From the NCBI GenBank assembly GCA_951406725.2, contig OX597816.1:63240001-63304000 (forward strand): 64,000 nt of DNA, read 5' to 3'. The stretch comes from Octopus vulgaris (Eukaryota). A program made the position numbers and the translations under genes. The notes beneath the pieces were generated by a model. The model saw nothing but the letters and a program-made list of their open reading frames with translations. It did not search any database and was not told the origin of the DNA. This document shows positions 27,355 to 38,925 of this stretch, piece by piece. Within the stretch, counting starts at the first letter, position 1. Each line of letters begins with the position of its first letter.

Positions 27355-27370
27355 CAAACAAAGAACAGAC
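27355..27370 (+). terminator. Candidate snRNA 3' box
   Basis: AAAGAACAGAC lies about 10-20 nt after the U1 3' end and matches the AAARNNAGA half of the 3'-box consensus. Confidence 0.55.
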
Positions 27371-27622
27371 AAATAATAATTCATCTTACGCGATGTAAGA
27401 AATGAGAAGCATAGTTTTATATATACATAGTTACTCTTTTGCTGCTATTTCTAGCAGAATACTATTATGGAAACTTTTTTGTTACGGCTGAATGTGTATT
27501 TGGTATCTTTATAGATTTGTGGTTTTTAGGCTGCTATTTCTAGCAAGTCGATCCTTCATCGAATGGATTTCGATAAATTCTATTCGTATTCGATGCATTC
27601 AGGTTCATATTTTCACAATGTT

Positions 27623-27688
27623 CTCGCGTGCGTTAATTCTAAGTGTGGTGTCTGCGTTCGCGCTCACCCCATAAATCAAAGAACAGAC
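27623..27688 (+). pseudogene. Partial U1 duplicate (Sm site + SL4 + 3' box)
   Basis: CTCGCGTGCGTTAATTCTAAGTGTGGTGTCTGCGTTCGCGCTCACCCCATAAATCAAAGAACAGAC aligns to 27301-27370. Confidence 0.85.
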
Positions 27689-28494
27689 TCTCTAATAAAA
27701 CATAAGACCAGTTACCCTTAGGTATTCTATTTCCAAGACTGTTATTTATCTTCACAAACGAAAAGTATAATTTGATATGGTTAACCGATATTTTTTCTTA
27801 CGCTGCTGTTTCTAGCAAGTCAAATCTTCGTCTAATGGTTTTATCTCATTCATATTCAATGCAATTGGGTTTATATTCTCACTATCATCTCATGTTGGTG
27901 CACGACGTCGTTCACCCCCCGCCTTTTTTTTTTTAGCTTCATGAGGGGACGTTGTACGCCAAAGATGGGATGCATCTCATTCGCGAACCAGCGAGGGAGC
28001 CTTGCTTGTGGTTACTCAACATGCTAGAAATAGCAGTCAGTGCCGTTAAGGAGGAGGGTGAAATAAAGCGGGGTAAAATACAATAAAAAGTAGTAGAGTA
28101 CAAGGGGGTATGTGGAGGTTTTTAAGACAAAATGTGTATATGTTTGTGTGTCTGTGTTTGTGCCCCTAAAATCGCTTGACAACCGATGCTGGTGTGTTTA
28201 CGTCCCCCATAACTTAGCAATTCGGCAAAAAAGACTGATAGAATAAGTACTGGGCTTACAAAGAATAAGTCCTGGAGTCGATTTCTTCGACTAAAGGTGG
28301 TGCTCTAGCATGGCCGCAATCAAATGACTGAAACAAGTAAAAGAGTACCTTACAAAAACTATATCATCGAAGCAAATAGCCTTCCCTAGATGCATTATAA
28401 CATAATCTGATCCCTAAATCGGCAAATTTACATTATCTTACTCATTTTGCCCCAGCCAAAATTTCTTTTATATATGCTCAGAGAACAAGAACAG

Positions 28495-28538
<44 letters not shown>

Positions 28539-28868
28539 ATATACCTAATATTTCTAGCATATAGATTGACCTTAAAAAGACTTCTTTGTTGGCTTGGTTC
28601 TTGAATGTCTGGTTAGCTAAATATGCATAGCGATTAATAACCGTGTTAAGAAAGTTTTTAACTCTCTGTATATAAAGAGATGATGCAATCTATAATCAAT
28701 GAATGGATTACGTTACAGAAATTCCTGTAACACAGAAATTGATTATTTAATAACAGCGATAGCAAGGTATATAGTTTTAAAAAATCATATACCTGCTTGC
28801 TTAGATAAGGAAATATATTTTTTATAGTTGTGGGTGTGGCTGTGTGGTAAGAAGTTTGCTTTCCAACC

Positions 28869-29508
28869 CTGTGCCAGTGGCACGTAAAAAGCACCATCCG
28901 TATGTGGCCGTTGCCAGCCTCCCCTAGCACCTGTGCTGGTGACATGTAAAAAGCACCATCCGTACAAGGTCGATGCCAGCGCTACCTTGACTGGCTTCCG
29001 TGCCGGTGGCACGTAAAAACCACCAACCGATTGTGGTCGTTCCTAGCCTCCCCTGACACTTGTGCCGGTAGCACGTAAAAAGCACCATCCATATGTGGCC
29101 GATGCCAACGCCGCCTTGACTGGCTTCCGTGTCGGTGGCACGTAAAAACCACCAACCGATCGTGGCCGTTGCCAGCCTCGCCTAGCACCAGTGTCGGTGG
29201 CACGTAAAAAGCACCATCCATATGCCGCCGATGCCAACACCGCCTTGACTGGCTTCGGTGCCAGTGGCACGTAAAAAGCACCAACCGATCATGGCCGTTG
29301 CCAGCCTCGCCTAGCACCTGTGCCGGTGGCACGTAAAAAGCACCGACTACACTCTTGGAGTTGTTGGCATTAGGAAGGGAATCCAGCTATAGAAACACTG
29401 CCATATCAGACTGGAGCCTAGTGCAGCCTTCTGGCCTCCCAGACCCCGGTCGAACCATCCAACCCATGCTAGCATGGAAAACAGACGTTAAACGATGATG
29501 ATGATGAT
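28869..29508 (+). mobile_element. Family C repeat with 8 internal units, nested in a family A SINE
   Basis: The family A head (28831-28868) resumes at 29507 (ATGGTTCCAGGTTCAGTCCC) after the (TGA)n tail. Confidence 0.85.
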
Positions 29509-30126
29509 GGTTCCAGGTTCAGTCCCACTGTATTTCATCTTAGGCAAGTGTCTTTTACTATAGCCCTGGTATAACCAAAGCATTTTGAGTGGATTTGGTG
29601 GATGGAAACTGAAAGAAGCCTGCCATGTGTGTTTCCTATTTGTGTTTGTTTCTAACCAGTGTTGGTTTGTTTATGTCCCTGTAACTTAGCAGTTCAGCAA
29701 GTTTTTAAAAAAATAAAAAGAGTAAGAAAAAAAATGACAATAAAATTTTTTGTCCTATGTTTAGAGAATTCACGACTACATTAGTCACTGTGTACTTTTC
29801 TAAGATGAGGGTAGGTGTGGGTGGGAAGGTGATCTGAGGAGGGTTTAGCTGCTATGTTTAGCAGGCTGAGTAATCATGTAGAGGGTTGAGTGGGTTTGAG
29901 GGTTGATTGTTGGATTTGAGGATGCTATTTTTAGCAGCAAAAGTGTTCAAGTAGTGGGTCTCTCGGGTTCAAGGGCTAATCATGTGATGTGATTTTAGGA
30001 TGGTTTAGCTGCCATTTCTAGCATTTATTGGCTGAGTGATCATGTAGAACAGTGGGTCTCAACTGGTGTTTATAGAACCCTTAGGGGTCTACGTAAGATT
30101 TTCTTGTTAAAAATTATGTTCAATAT

Positions 30127-30304
30127 GGCGCAAGAGTGGCTGTGTGGTAAGTAGCTTGCTTACCAACCACATGGTTCCGTCCCACTGCATGACACCTTGG
30201 GCAAGTGTCTTCTATTATAGCCTCGGACCAACCAAAGCCTTGTGAGTGGATTTGATAGCTGGAAACTGAAAGAAGCCCGTCGTATATATGTATATGTATG
30301 TATG

Positions 30305-30337
<33 letters not shown>

Positions 30338-30507
30338 TTGTTTGTGTCTGTGTTTGTCCCCCCACCATTGCTTGACAACCGATGATGGTGTGTTTACATC
30401 CCCGTAACATTAGCAGTTCGGCAAAAGAGACGGATAGAATAAGTACTAGGCTTACAAAGATTAAGTCCTGGTGTCGATTTGGTCAACTAAAGGCGGGGCT
30501 CCAGCAT
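30127..30507 (+). mobile_element. SINE family A
   Basis: GGCGCAAGAGTGGCTGTGTGGTAAG...; tail truncated against a mariner-MITE fragment. Confidence 0.85.
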
Positions 30508-30613
30508 AAGTGTGTGAATCTAAGGGAATATGCTGGACAAAATCATAATTTAACTGATCCTTCTGTATTTTCTTTTAGGCAAAGCCGGGAACTTTTCAGC
30601 ATCCCTCATGTTC

Positions 30614-30681
<68 letters not shown>

Positions 30682-30688
<7 letters not shown>

Positions 30689-30910
30689 TTGTATACTTTC
30701 AACTTAACGTGACAGTCCTGTAAGGGAATTACCTCACCGCTGTTTAGCCCTAGGAAGTATCGACGCTTCTTGTCGGCCTTGACACATTTCCTGTGTCCTT
30801 ATATATTTACGAAGGCCGACAAGAAGCGTCGATGCTTCCTAGGGCTAAACAGCGGTAGTGTAATTCCCCTACAGGACTGTCACGTTAAGTTGACAGTATA
30901 CAACCACTCT
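30682..30910. repeat. Long inverted repeat (99-bp arms, 31-bp spacer)
   Basis: 30682-30780 is the reverse complement of 30812-30910, with about 6 mismatches by eye. Confidence 0.95.
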
Positions 30911-30990
30911 ATCGCTCCACCATCGTACATATCTCTATGAGATATTTAGAAATTTAATATTTCTGATATATATATACATATATACATAAT

Positions 30991-31190
30991 GTGACCGCGT
31001 GTGTACCGTTGGCGATTTCTTTTCCTCTGTCTTCCCTTCTCTGGATCTTTCCTTCTCCTATGTTTCCGACGAAGAGCTCCGCTCGAAACGTTAAACCCTC
31101 CTTCTTTCCTGAGCGTCCAATAATACTATATTTGTTCCACGTCCTTGCGTTGCTGTGTTTTTTTGTGCTTTCTTGTTTGGATTAACTATA
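30991..31190 (+). mobile_element. Penelope-like element pseudo-LTR fragment with minimal hammerhead motif
   Basis: GTTT-CCGACGA-A-GAGC-TCC-GCTC-GAAA-CG-TT-AAAC at 31062-31096, flanked by (TA)n. Confidence 0.6.
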
Positions 31191-31506
31191 TATATATATG
31201 GCTGTATGCCATGTGTGTATGCTTTTAGCCTATGTATGGATGTCTCTGTGTGTGTGTTCACTTATCTGTTGTTCAGATAACCATTATATTTTTGTTCTAC
31301 TCAGGAGTACTTTCTTTCTCTGTGCATGATTGCGTGTGTGGGTTTGTATTTCCATGAAGCACCACATGTGCAAATATCTTCCATTTAAAATGTATTCCAG
31401 ATAACAAGACAAAGAGGAGGTATACATACATATATACAAACATACGTACATACATACATACACACACACATACATACATACATACATACATACATACATA
31501 CATACA

Positions 31507-31538
<32 letters not shown>

Positions 31539-31821
31539 CATGAACACATACATACATATGCGCGTATCTATATACACACATAAATATATACATACATACT
31601 GAAACACATACATATACATACATACTTAAACACATACATATATAGATACATAGATACACACATACGTACAGGTCTACATTCACATGAACGCATAGTTCTG
31701 TTTCTTTTGTCTATCTCAAATCACTGCTTGTAATGCTGAATATCAATATGCGTGTGTATATGCATGTGCTTCTGAGTATACATGAATAAAACGCGTGTTT
31801 GTATGTATAAAATAAAATAAA

Positions 31822-32370
31822 TGCGCCCTTTTAAAGACTAGCCAGGCTCATGGACCCGGTTCCCCGGTTTCAGTGGCGCATGTGTTCCCCAGTTGGACGG
31901 GACGCCAGTCCATCGCATCGTTACTCATTTTTGCCAGCTGAGTGGACTGGAGCAACGTCAAATGAAGTGTTTTGCTCAAGAACACAACGCGTCGCCCGGT
32001 CCAGGAATCGAAACCACAATCTTAACGATCATGTTGCTGACACCCTAACCACTAAGCCACACACGTCCACATATGTATGTATATATCAGTTTATATATGT
32101 CTGTTCCTTCTCGAGCCATACCTGGTTCATAAGGGCTGATTTCCCGGTTTCCTTTGGCGGTCTGTCGCAGGTGAGCTGCAAGATGCACGCGGAAAGAGTG
32201 AGAGAAAGTTGTGGTGAAAGAGTCAACAAAAATTTGCCATTACCTTCTGCCGGAGCCGCGTGGAGCTTAGGTGTTTCGCTCATAAACACACACATCGCCT
32301 GGTCTGCGATTCGAACCCGCGATCCTTCGACTGCAAGTCCGCTGCTCTAACCCCCAGGCCATGTGCCTCC
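31822..32370 (-). mobile_element. Two tRNA-derived SINEs (family D variants)
   Basis: tRNA-like heads on the minus strand at about 32070 and 32370 (GGAGGCACATGGCCTGGGGGTTAGAG...GGTTCGAATC). Confidence 0.75.
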
Positions 32371-32860
32371 ATGTTTATATATGTATATACTTGCATATGT
32401 GTGTATGAGCATGCACATCTATGTGTATTTATATATGTGTATATGCACGTATATCTGTATATTCTTGTATATGTAGGTGTATGCATTTACATATGTATGT
32501 ATATATTTGAATATACATGTGTATATGCATGCGTATGTGTGTATGTGCACACACCACCATCGGTTGTCAAGCGAAGTTGGGGGGACAAACACAACACACA
32601 AACATATATATATATACATATACACGACGGGCTTCTTTCAGTTTCCGTCTACCAAATCCACTCACAAGGCTTTGGTCGGCCCAAGGCTATAATAGAAGAC
32701 ACTTTCCCAAGGTACCACGCAGTGGAACTGAACCCAGAACCATGTGGTTTGTAAGCAAGCTACTTACTACACAGCCACTCCTACTATGTATATATGTGTA
32801 TATGCATGTGTATCTCTATATTCATGTGTATATATAAGTGTATGCATATATACATGTGTA

Positions 32861-33901
32861 CGAAGTGGTATCAAAAAGTTACTGGATTAGTTATGTAGCA
32901 CGCCAACGGATGACAACGCACTGTTGCATGCATGGTAAGAGCTAGCAGTGACCTTCATGAAGCCATGTGCCAAATAACATTGCTGTGTTTACTTTGCGAG
33001 TTGTGAAATTTGTGCTTTTGTGATCATATGTATGCTGTAGTCTGTGATTTAGTCGTGGACAGGAACAAAGAACCAATGTGAAATTTTGCATTGAACTTAG
33101 AAAGGCTGCTACAGAGGCATTGAGCATGCTTCGGTAATCTTACGGTGATAAGGCAATGGGTCGTACATAATGTTTCATGTGGCACAGATGCTTCAAAAAC
33201 AGAAGAACATCCTTAGAAGATGATGAGCAATGTGGAAGACCTTCCACGAGGGTCACCTCTGGAAATGTGGTATTGTGCATCAAGAATTCATCCTACAGAA
33301 CCAGACTCTCAATCAAGTTCTATTGTGATGTTTTGAAGCGTTTGAGGGACGACATTCGGAGAAGCACAAAATATCGGATTCTTCACAATGACAATGACCG
33401 TGTCATCACGACATCCTTAGAAGATGATGAGCAATCTGGAAAACCCTCCACAAGGGTCACCTGGAAATGTGGTATTGTGCATCAAGAATTCCTACAGAGC
33501 TAGACTGTCAATCAAGTTCTATTGTGATGTTTTGAAGCGTTTGATGGACGACATTCGGAGAAGCACAAAAAATCGAATTCTTCACAATGACAATGACCCT
33601 GTCACCATGTTCTCCTCGTTCATGAGTTTCTCACCAAACACTACATGGCATCGCTTCCGCACTCACCATATTCACCAGATTTCGCATCCGCAGACTTCCA
33701 TCTTTTCCTCAAGATGAAAATGTAGCTCAAAGGCCGCCGTTTTAAGACCGTTGTCTAGATCCAGAGTGAATTACAGAAGGTCCTCGACTGAATTACAGAA
33801 AACAACTTCCAGGCCAGATTCCAAAAGTGGTAGGAATGCTGGGACCGGTGTATCGCTGCACGTGGTGACCATTTCGAAGGAGATAATGTTAAAACTTAGG
33901 T

Positions 33902-33935
<34 letters not shown>

Positions 33936-34142
33936 GTTTAACGTCCACTTTCCATGCTAGCATGGGTTGGACGATTTGACTGAGGGCTGGCGAACCAGAT
34001 GGCTGCACCAGGCTTCAATCTTGATCTGGCAGAGTTTCTACAGCTGGATGCCCTTTCTAACGCCAAGCACTCCGAGAGTGTAGGTAAATAAGTTTTTTTT
34101 TATTAAACGTAACCAGTCTAGGAATCTTTTGATACTACCTTG
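32861..34142 (+). mobile_element. Degenerate mariner (Tc1/mariner) DNA transposon, transposase pseudogene
   Basis: TA-flanked ~36-bp imperfect TIRs (CGAAGTGGTATCAAAAAGTT... / ...AATCTTTTGATACTACCTTG). N-terminal EQRTNVKFCIELRKAATEALSML...WHRCFKNRRTSLEDDEQCGRPST and C-terminal HSPYSPDFASADFHLF..LKGRRF..WDRCIAARGDHFEGDN, with stops and an internal deletion/duplication. Confidence 0.92.
33904..34080 (-). mobile_element. 5'-truncated family C repeat inserted in the mariner
   Basis: Flanked by TAGGTAA at 33897-33903 and 34081-34087 (target-site duplication). Confidence 0.85.
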
Positions 34143-34962
34143 TACAAGTATATATATGGGTGTGGAGATATATATATATATATGTATGTATGTGTGTGTG
34201 TGTGTATTCACACATGAAACTATGTAGAAAATCCAAAATAACAGCAAATATAATAAATTTATACAAATGTAGATACATCAAACACTTATATATTCATGCA
34301 AGCTTACATCCATACACACATGAATATATGCATACAATTTGCTCTCTTCATATGCGATGTACGCGCCAGCATATATGAATAAAATACATACACACGTGCA
34401 TGCATGCATACACACAAATATGCGCATATAGCCGCAGGCTCTGCTCCTTCACGAGCGTACATATTGCTGTTTAAAACCTCTGCCATCTTCTGTTAATAAT
34501 TTGTCATCCATTCATTCATATCCAACCACTTCTGCCATACTTTCGCCTCTATCTAGCCTTCAGCCAGACTGTGAAATGTCCATAGATTTTCATAGAGAAT
34601 TCGCAAAGAGGTCTTATATGTGTGCATATACCTGAATGGGAATAATGGCAAGTAGGCTAATGGCTGCGCTGATGATAGTGTTGATGATGATAATGATGGT
34701 GCTGGTGGTGGTGGTAGTAACGATGAAGATGTTGATGTTGGTGATGATGATGGTATAAGAAATGATTGTATTTCTGTTATTTATGATTGTCAGCGATACA
34801 AGTGGGAAACTGCAAAATGCATATTATGAAACGAGTTTTGATTTCTTGTTTTTGTTTTTGGTTTTTTTTTTTATTTTTGTTGTTCTTTCACCTGAGAGCC
34901 AATTTGGAAAACTTTATATGGTTGCCTATTCTCTGCTAGAAATCTCAGCCACAAATTCCTCG

Positions 34963-35470
34963 TAGGCGTAGGAGTGGCTGTGTGGTAAGTAGCTTGCTTA
35001 CCAACCACATGGTTCCGGGTTCAGTCCCACTCCGTGGCACCTTGGGCAAGTATCTTCTACTATAGCCTCGGGCTGACCAAAGCCTTGTGAGTGGATTTGG
35101 TAGACGGAAACTGAAAGAAGCCCATCGTATATATGTATATATATATATGTGTGTGTGTGTGTGTATGTTTGTGTGTCTGTATGTGCCCCCCCCCAACATT
35201 GGCAGACGGAAACTGAAAGAAGCCCATTGTATATATGTATATATATGTGTGTGTGTGCGTGTATGTTTGTGTGTCTGTGTTTGTCCCCTACAACATCGCT
35301 TGACAACCGATGCTGGTGTGTTTACGACCCCGTAACGTAGCGGTTCGGCAAAAGAGACCGATAGAATAAGTACTAGGCTTACAAAGAATAAGTCCTGGGG
35401 TCGATTTGCTCGACTAAAGGCGGTGCTCCAGCATGGCCACCGTCAAAATGACTGAAAGAAGTAAAAGAGT
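34963..35470 (+). mobile_element. Full-length SINE family A with internal ~100-bp duplication
   Basis: Complete head to GTAAAAGAG tail; the GGYAGACGGAAACTGAAAGAAGCCC segment is present twice. Confidence 0.9.
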
Positions 35471-35739
35471 TTAATAAGTTTGACTCAACTCCACACATGA
35501 CTTAGAGATTTGTAGGCACGTAGAACGACACACAGAAGAAAGTGTGTAGATTGGCTGTCTAATTTGACAGCGAAGTATACCAGTTTTCAGCACCAGTCAC
35601 CTATATACTCCTAAAATTATATAGTGTCCAGAATGTATAGAATGTTTCAATGTAATCGCTCCCTAGTCGGAATTAGCATCACACTGTGTTAAACAAGCCG
35701 GCCTCTTGCATCACATCGGTTGAGTATTCTATGTGTTAA

Positions 35740-36211
35740 ACACTTTTGTTACTGTATTTATTTTGAGATGCTCTGTATTTCTTTCAATTACTTTAAATAT
35801 AACAAAGACATTAGTAAAATAACTTCGTTATCATTCAGCAAGTGTTAGGAATATAAATTGTGACTAAGGTTTGGTGGAAGATTTATATTCAAAACTTATG
35901 AAAACAAGACATTTGTACTCAGAGCGAAAGCCGGTTTCAGCCAGGTTGGTATCAAAAGGGTTAAGAATTGTTTCTCTATTATATATTTTAACCCTTCTCT
36001 TACCATATTTCTGTTGAGATGCTCTGTGTTTCTTTCAATTACTTTAAATATAACAAAGAATTTAGTAAAATAACTTCGTTATCATTCAACAAGTGTTAGG
36101 AATATAAATTGTGACTAAGGTTTGGTGGAAGATTTATATTCAAAACTTATGAAAACAAGACATTTGTACTCAGAGCCAAAGCCGGTTTCAGCCGGGTTCG
36201 TAATGAAAGGG
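35740..36211 (+). mobile_element. Two tandem piggyBac-like MITEs
   Basis: Copies at 35740-35960 and 35992-36211, each ending AAAGGG-TTAA. Confidence 0.8.
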
Positions 36212-36670
36212 TTAAGTGGTTATGTACGTCATAGGTACATATAGTATATGCCTTAATGTAATTCTTTGACAGAATCGGTGTGACACAAGGTACACAATGC
36301 ATCTTGTATCCAGTAATTGGCTGAATATTACACAAAGAGACATAATTACTGGTACAGTCTATCCGATGACTTTCTACAAGATTTCCAGTTTCACACTCAA
36401 AGTATTAGCCTCAGGTATATTTGATTTCAAATTTTGGCGCAAGACCAAAAATTTCGGAGTAGGAGGTAAGTCGATTACACTGACTCCAGTGTTCAACTGG
36501 TACCTCAATTTATGAACCTCTGAAAGGATGAAAAGTGAAGTCAACCCCAGCGGAATTTGAACTCAGAACGTTAAGACGGACGAAATGCTGCTAAGCATTA
36601 TTGCCTGGTGTGCTAACGTTTCCGCCAGCTTGGCATTCACAACCTAAACCATATTAAATGTATAATACGT

Positions 36671-36975
36671 GGAGGCGCAATGGTCCAGTGATTAGGGCAT
36701 CGGACTCGCGGTCAGAGGATCGTGGTTTCGATTCCCAGACCGGGCGTTGTGTGTTTATTGAGCGCAAAAACCTAAAGCTCCACGAGGGTGGTGGCGACCC
36801 CTGTTGTACTTTTTCTCCCCAACTTTCTCTCACTCTTTCTTCCTGTTTCTTGAGTAACGCTGCGATGGACTGGCGTCCCGTCCAGCTGGTGGGGGGGGGG
36901 GGGAATACATACGCCACAGAAACCTGGAAACCGGGCCCATGAGCCTGGCTAGGCTCGAAAAGGGCGCATAAATAA
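36671..36975 (+). mobile_element. tRNA-derived SINE (family D)
   Basis: A/B boxes, body similar to 18992-19300, A-rich tail. Confidence 0.85.
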
Positions 36976-37629
36976 AAATAATAATAAATTCACTGTAAAA
37001 TCGAACGCAAGACTTTTTCGATTGCTTAACGAACTTTTTACTCACTCAACCGTATATTAATGCACGTACACACAACACACCACGTACGCGGCATACTCTC
37101 TTGCCACAGACTACAGATGGAGGCGTCTACGCAGTTTCTTACTGAAAAAACCTGCACAGGTGATTGTTTATTGTGACCAAACGTTTGTGCTGCTCAGGTG
37201 CGCAAGTGTGCCACACGTCAGCTGTCGAAGTGAACGTAGAGCAACGAGAAAGGAAGGTGTTTTGTTCAAGAACACAACGGACCCGCCCGGTCCAGAAATT
37301 AAAACCGCAATGTTACGATCGTGTGCGCAACGCCCTAGTTAGGCCACGCATACTCACTTTCTTTCTCTCTCTCTCTCTCTCTCTTTGTTGTTTCTTTCTT
37401 CCTTTCACTTTGAGATTCCATTCAGTTTACTCTTTAATGGACTTCGTTCGTTTCCTGTTTCAAATTGTTTTTAATTTCATTTCAATTGTTCCCTTGTTTT
37501 AGTTAATATTTATTTTTACTTCTACACCTCCCACACAGAACCGCACCTCCATAAATATCTCTCTTCAGTGTTGATTTTTTCTTTTTTTACCCTTTTTAAA
37601 TTGCCTCTTATTTACACTATCCCTTTCAC

Positions 37630-37669
<40 letters not shown>

Positions 37670-38279
37670 AACTGTTATTCCCTTTCTTTTTCCTTCTCTT
37701 TTATATTCCTTTTGTTTGTACTTTCTTCTCTCACTCCCTTGTCTCATCTCTTTTCATCTGTATCCTATCCTTTCTTTTTCTCCCCCATGTCATCGATAAT
37801 CTATCTTCTTTCTCTGTCATGTCATCTATATTCTATCATCTAGTCTGCCCTTTCTCTCTCCCTCTCATCTCATCTACATATCCTTATCGTTTCTTCTTTC
37901 TATTATGTCATTTTTTTATCTATCCCATCTCTCCCACACACACTCTCTCATTCTTGTTTACTTTTTCTCTTAAGTCATCTATATTCTATCCTTTCCCCGA
38001 CTTTCTCTCTCTCATGTAATCTATAGCCTATCATTTATTTTCCCCTCTTGTATCATCTCTATCCAACCCTTTCTCTCTTACCTTTACTCTATCTCTAACC
38101 CATGTCGTTCACCATTCCTTTCTTTTATTTGTGTTTGACCCGCGGTAACCTTTCCTACCTCCCCTTCCTCGCGTTCCTCACAAAGCTCTGCCCCCCTCCC
38201 TCTACAGCTCATTACGTCTTCTTCTTACCCCTTCTTCCTTCTCTATCTTTTACCTAGCATTACTATTCAGTTTATTATA

Positions 38280-38310
<31 letters not shown>

Positions 38311-38689
38311 GTTATTATAATTGTTATCGTTATGTTGCATGTGTTTTACCTTCCTGAATGGCAAGTGTGCTAGTTTCGAACCAATCACGGCTAATTTGTT
38401 GCATGTAGCCTTTGTGGGGACGTGTTTATTTGTACTTCCTCTCTATTGCCTTTCTTTCTCTCTTCTCCAACTCACTTTCTCTCTCTCTCTTACTCTCTCT
38501 CCTCTTACTCTGTCTCCCTTTTTCTTAATTTCTCACACGATTTCTTTTCCTTTTTTTTTTTGCTTAATCTTTTTCTTTCACACTCTCACTCTATCTCTTT
38601 TTAATTCCTCAAGCTGTGATCTCTATTTATCTCTCCCTTTCTCTACTCCTACCTTATCTCTCGCTGTCTTACCATTCCTACTCTATCTC

Positions 38690-38925
38690 TCTTTCTACTC
38701 CCACTCTTTCCCTGTCGTCTGCTGCTTTCAGTTCCTCCCCCCACTCTCTCTGTCTGCTGCCTCCTCAGCTCTTTCTCTACTCCCACTCTTTCCCTGTCGT
38801 CTGCTGCTTTCAATCTCCCTCTCTCTCTGTCTGCTTGCCTTCTCATCTCTTTCTCTACTCCCACTTTTTCCCTGTCGTCTGCTGCTTTCAGTCCCCCTCC
38901 CTCTCTCTGTCTGCTGCCTTCTCAT
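38690..38925. repeat. ~80-bp pyrimidine-rich minisatellite, 3 units
   Basis: CTACTCCCACTYTTTCCCTGTCGTCTGCTGCTTTCA occurs three times. Confidence 0.85.

Noticed and set aside
28869-29345. CRISPR array
   Set aside because: The spacers are two alternating homologous types, the array is internal to a dispersed eukaryotic repeat, and there are no cas genes.
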